Shown: piece by piece, positions 31,053 to 31,902 of the stretch
How positions within the stretch are numbered: the stretch's first letter is position 1
Layout of the letters: the number at the start of each line of letters is the position of its first letter
Source: an uncultured Anaerolineae bacterium
GTDB lineage: Bacteria > Chloroflexota > Anaerolineae > VGOG01
Direction of reading: 5' to 3'
Assembly (NCBI GenBank): GCA_964400825.1
Contig: CAYNWI010000001.1
Span: forward strand, 1,166-33,067
Length of the DNA: 31,902 nucleotides
The notes under the pieces: generated by a model
Seen by the model: the letters and a program-made list of their open reading frames with translations, nothing else
Told to the model about the DNA's origin: nothing
Databases searched by the model: none
Translations under genes and position numbers: made by a program

Positions 31053-31902
31053 ATGCCGGATTCTCTGCCTGTGGGCAAGCTGGAGATGGATTACCTGAGG
31101 CAGCTCTTGGCCAGGTATACTCAGGTCAACGGGCGAGTAGTGGTAGGCGCTGAGGTGGGCGAGGACGCCACGGTGATAGATTTCGGCGACCGTTACCTGG
31201 TGGCCAAAACCGATCCCATCACCTTCGCCACCGAGGAGATAGGCTGGTACGCGGTCAACGTCAACGCCAACGACGTGGCCGCCACCGGCGCCGTCCCCAG
31301 GTGGTTTCTGGCCACCCTGCTTTTGCCCGCCGGTAGCACCGATAGGGCCCTGGTGGAGAGGATATTCTCTCAACTCTCCGATGCCTCCCGCCAGTTAGGG
31401 GTCTCCTTTTGTGGCGGCCACACCGAGATCACCCACGGCCTGGATCGGCCCATCGTGGTGGGGCAGATGCTGGGCGAGGTAGAACGAGACAGGCTAGTGA
31501 CCACCGCCGGGGCTCAGGTGGGAGACGACATCATCCTCACCAAGGGCCTCGCCATCGAGGCCACCTCCATCATCGCCCGGGAGAAGGCGGGGGAGCTGGC
31601 TGGCAAGTACCCGGTGGATTTCATTGACCGCTGCCAGGGTTTCCTCCATCAGCCGGGCATCAGCGTGGTGCGCGAGGCCCGGATCGCCACTGCCCAGGCG
31701 CGGGTTCACGCCATGCACGATCCCACCGAGGGCGGGCTGGCCATGGGCCTGTGGGAGCTGGCCCAGGCGGCCGGGGTGGGCCTGGTGGTGCATCGGGAGC
31801 GGATCGAGGTGCTGCCGGAGACGACCCTCCTCTGTAGCGATTACAGTCTCGATCCCCTGGGAATCATCGCCTCCGGCTCGCTGCTCATCGTCCTGTCGCC
31901 GC
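31053..31902 (+). CDS. AIR synthase (PurM/HypE/ThiL-like) family protein, runs off the window end
   Basis: Translated by hand, absent from the ORF track: MPDSLPVGKL...VGEDATVIDFGDRYLVAKTDPIT...NANDVAATGA...GGHTE...HAMHDPTEGGL; GAGGT RBS. Confidence 0.88.
   Translation, partial: MPDSLPVGKLEMDYLRQLLARYTQVNGRVVVGAEVGEDATVIDFGDRYLVAKTDPITFATEEIGWYAVNVNANDVAATGAVPRWFLATLLLPAGSTDRALVERIFSQLSDASRQLGVSFCGGHTEITHGLDRPIVVGQMLGEVERDRLVTTAGAQVGDDIILTKGLAIEATSIIAREKAGELAGKYPVDFIDRCQGFLHQPGISVVREARIATAQARVHAMHDPTEGGLAMGLWELAQAAGVGLVVHRERIEVLPETTLLCSDYSLDPLGIIASGSLLIVLSP

Noticed and set aside
30894-31793. ORFs 30894-31373 (-), 31409-31627 (+) and 31494-31793 (-)
   Set aside because: They overlap the real AIR-synthase-family gene starting at 31053, which the track missed because it has no stop in the window

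Overview
GC-rich bacterial chromosome segment, most likely Chloroflexota (Anaerolineae-like; inferred from gene style and repeats). Plus strand: 3' end of aspS, probable 6S RNA, mgsA, an MBL-fold hydrolase, RNase HI, then an Ile T-box followed by a GNAT, an AlaX C-terminal fragment and ileS (type 2, GIHH motif). Next come a DksA/TraR gene, lspA, hicB-hicA, rluD and amrS, an accreted stretch (antitoxin-like gene, internally deleted toxin, pRiA4b ORF-3 gene), purB and an atypical OmpR-family regulator. The main candidate novel system lies at 14.0-18.7 kb: a promoter with six 11-bp-phased repeats, a LysW-like zinc-ribbon protein with an acidic tail, a second decayed LysW-like copy, KamA, two divergent Ddl-like ATP-grasp ligases and a GNAT. 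Minus strand: a ProRS paralogue with an eroded synthetase site but intact editing domain, then nusA (with an RNAP alpha-CTD-like domain and acidic tail), ylxR, infB, rbfA, nrnA, truB, ribF, archease and rtcB; rimP is absent although its leader hairpin remains. The window ends with DUF3786, an attenuator-like leader and a partial AIR-synthase-family gene. Short tandem and palindromic repeats are frequent; several are translated inside essential proteins or supply their stop codons. All family calls come from motif recognition by eye; no searches were run.
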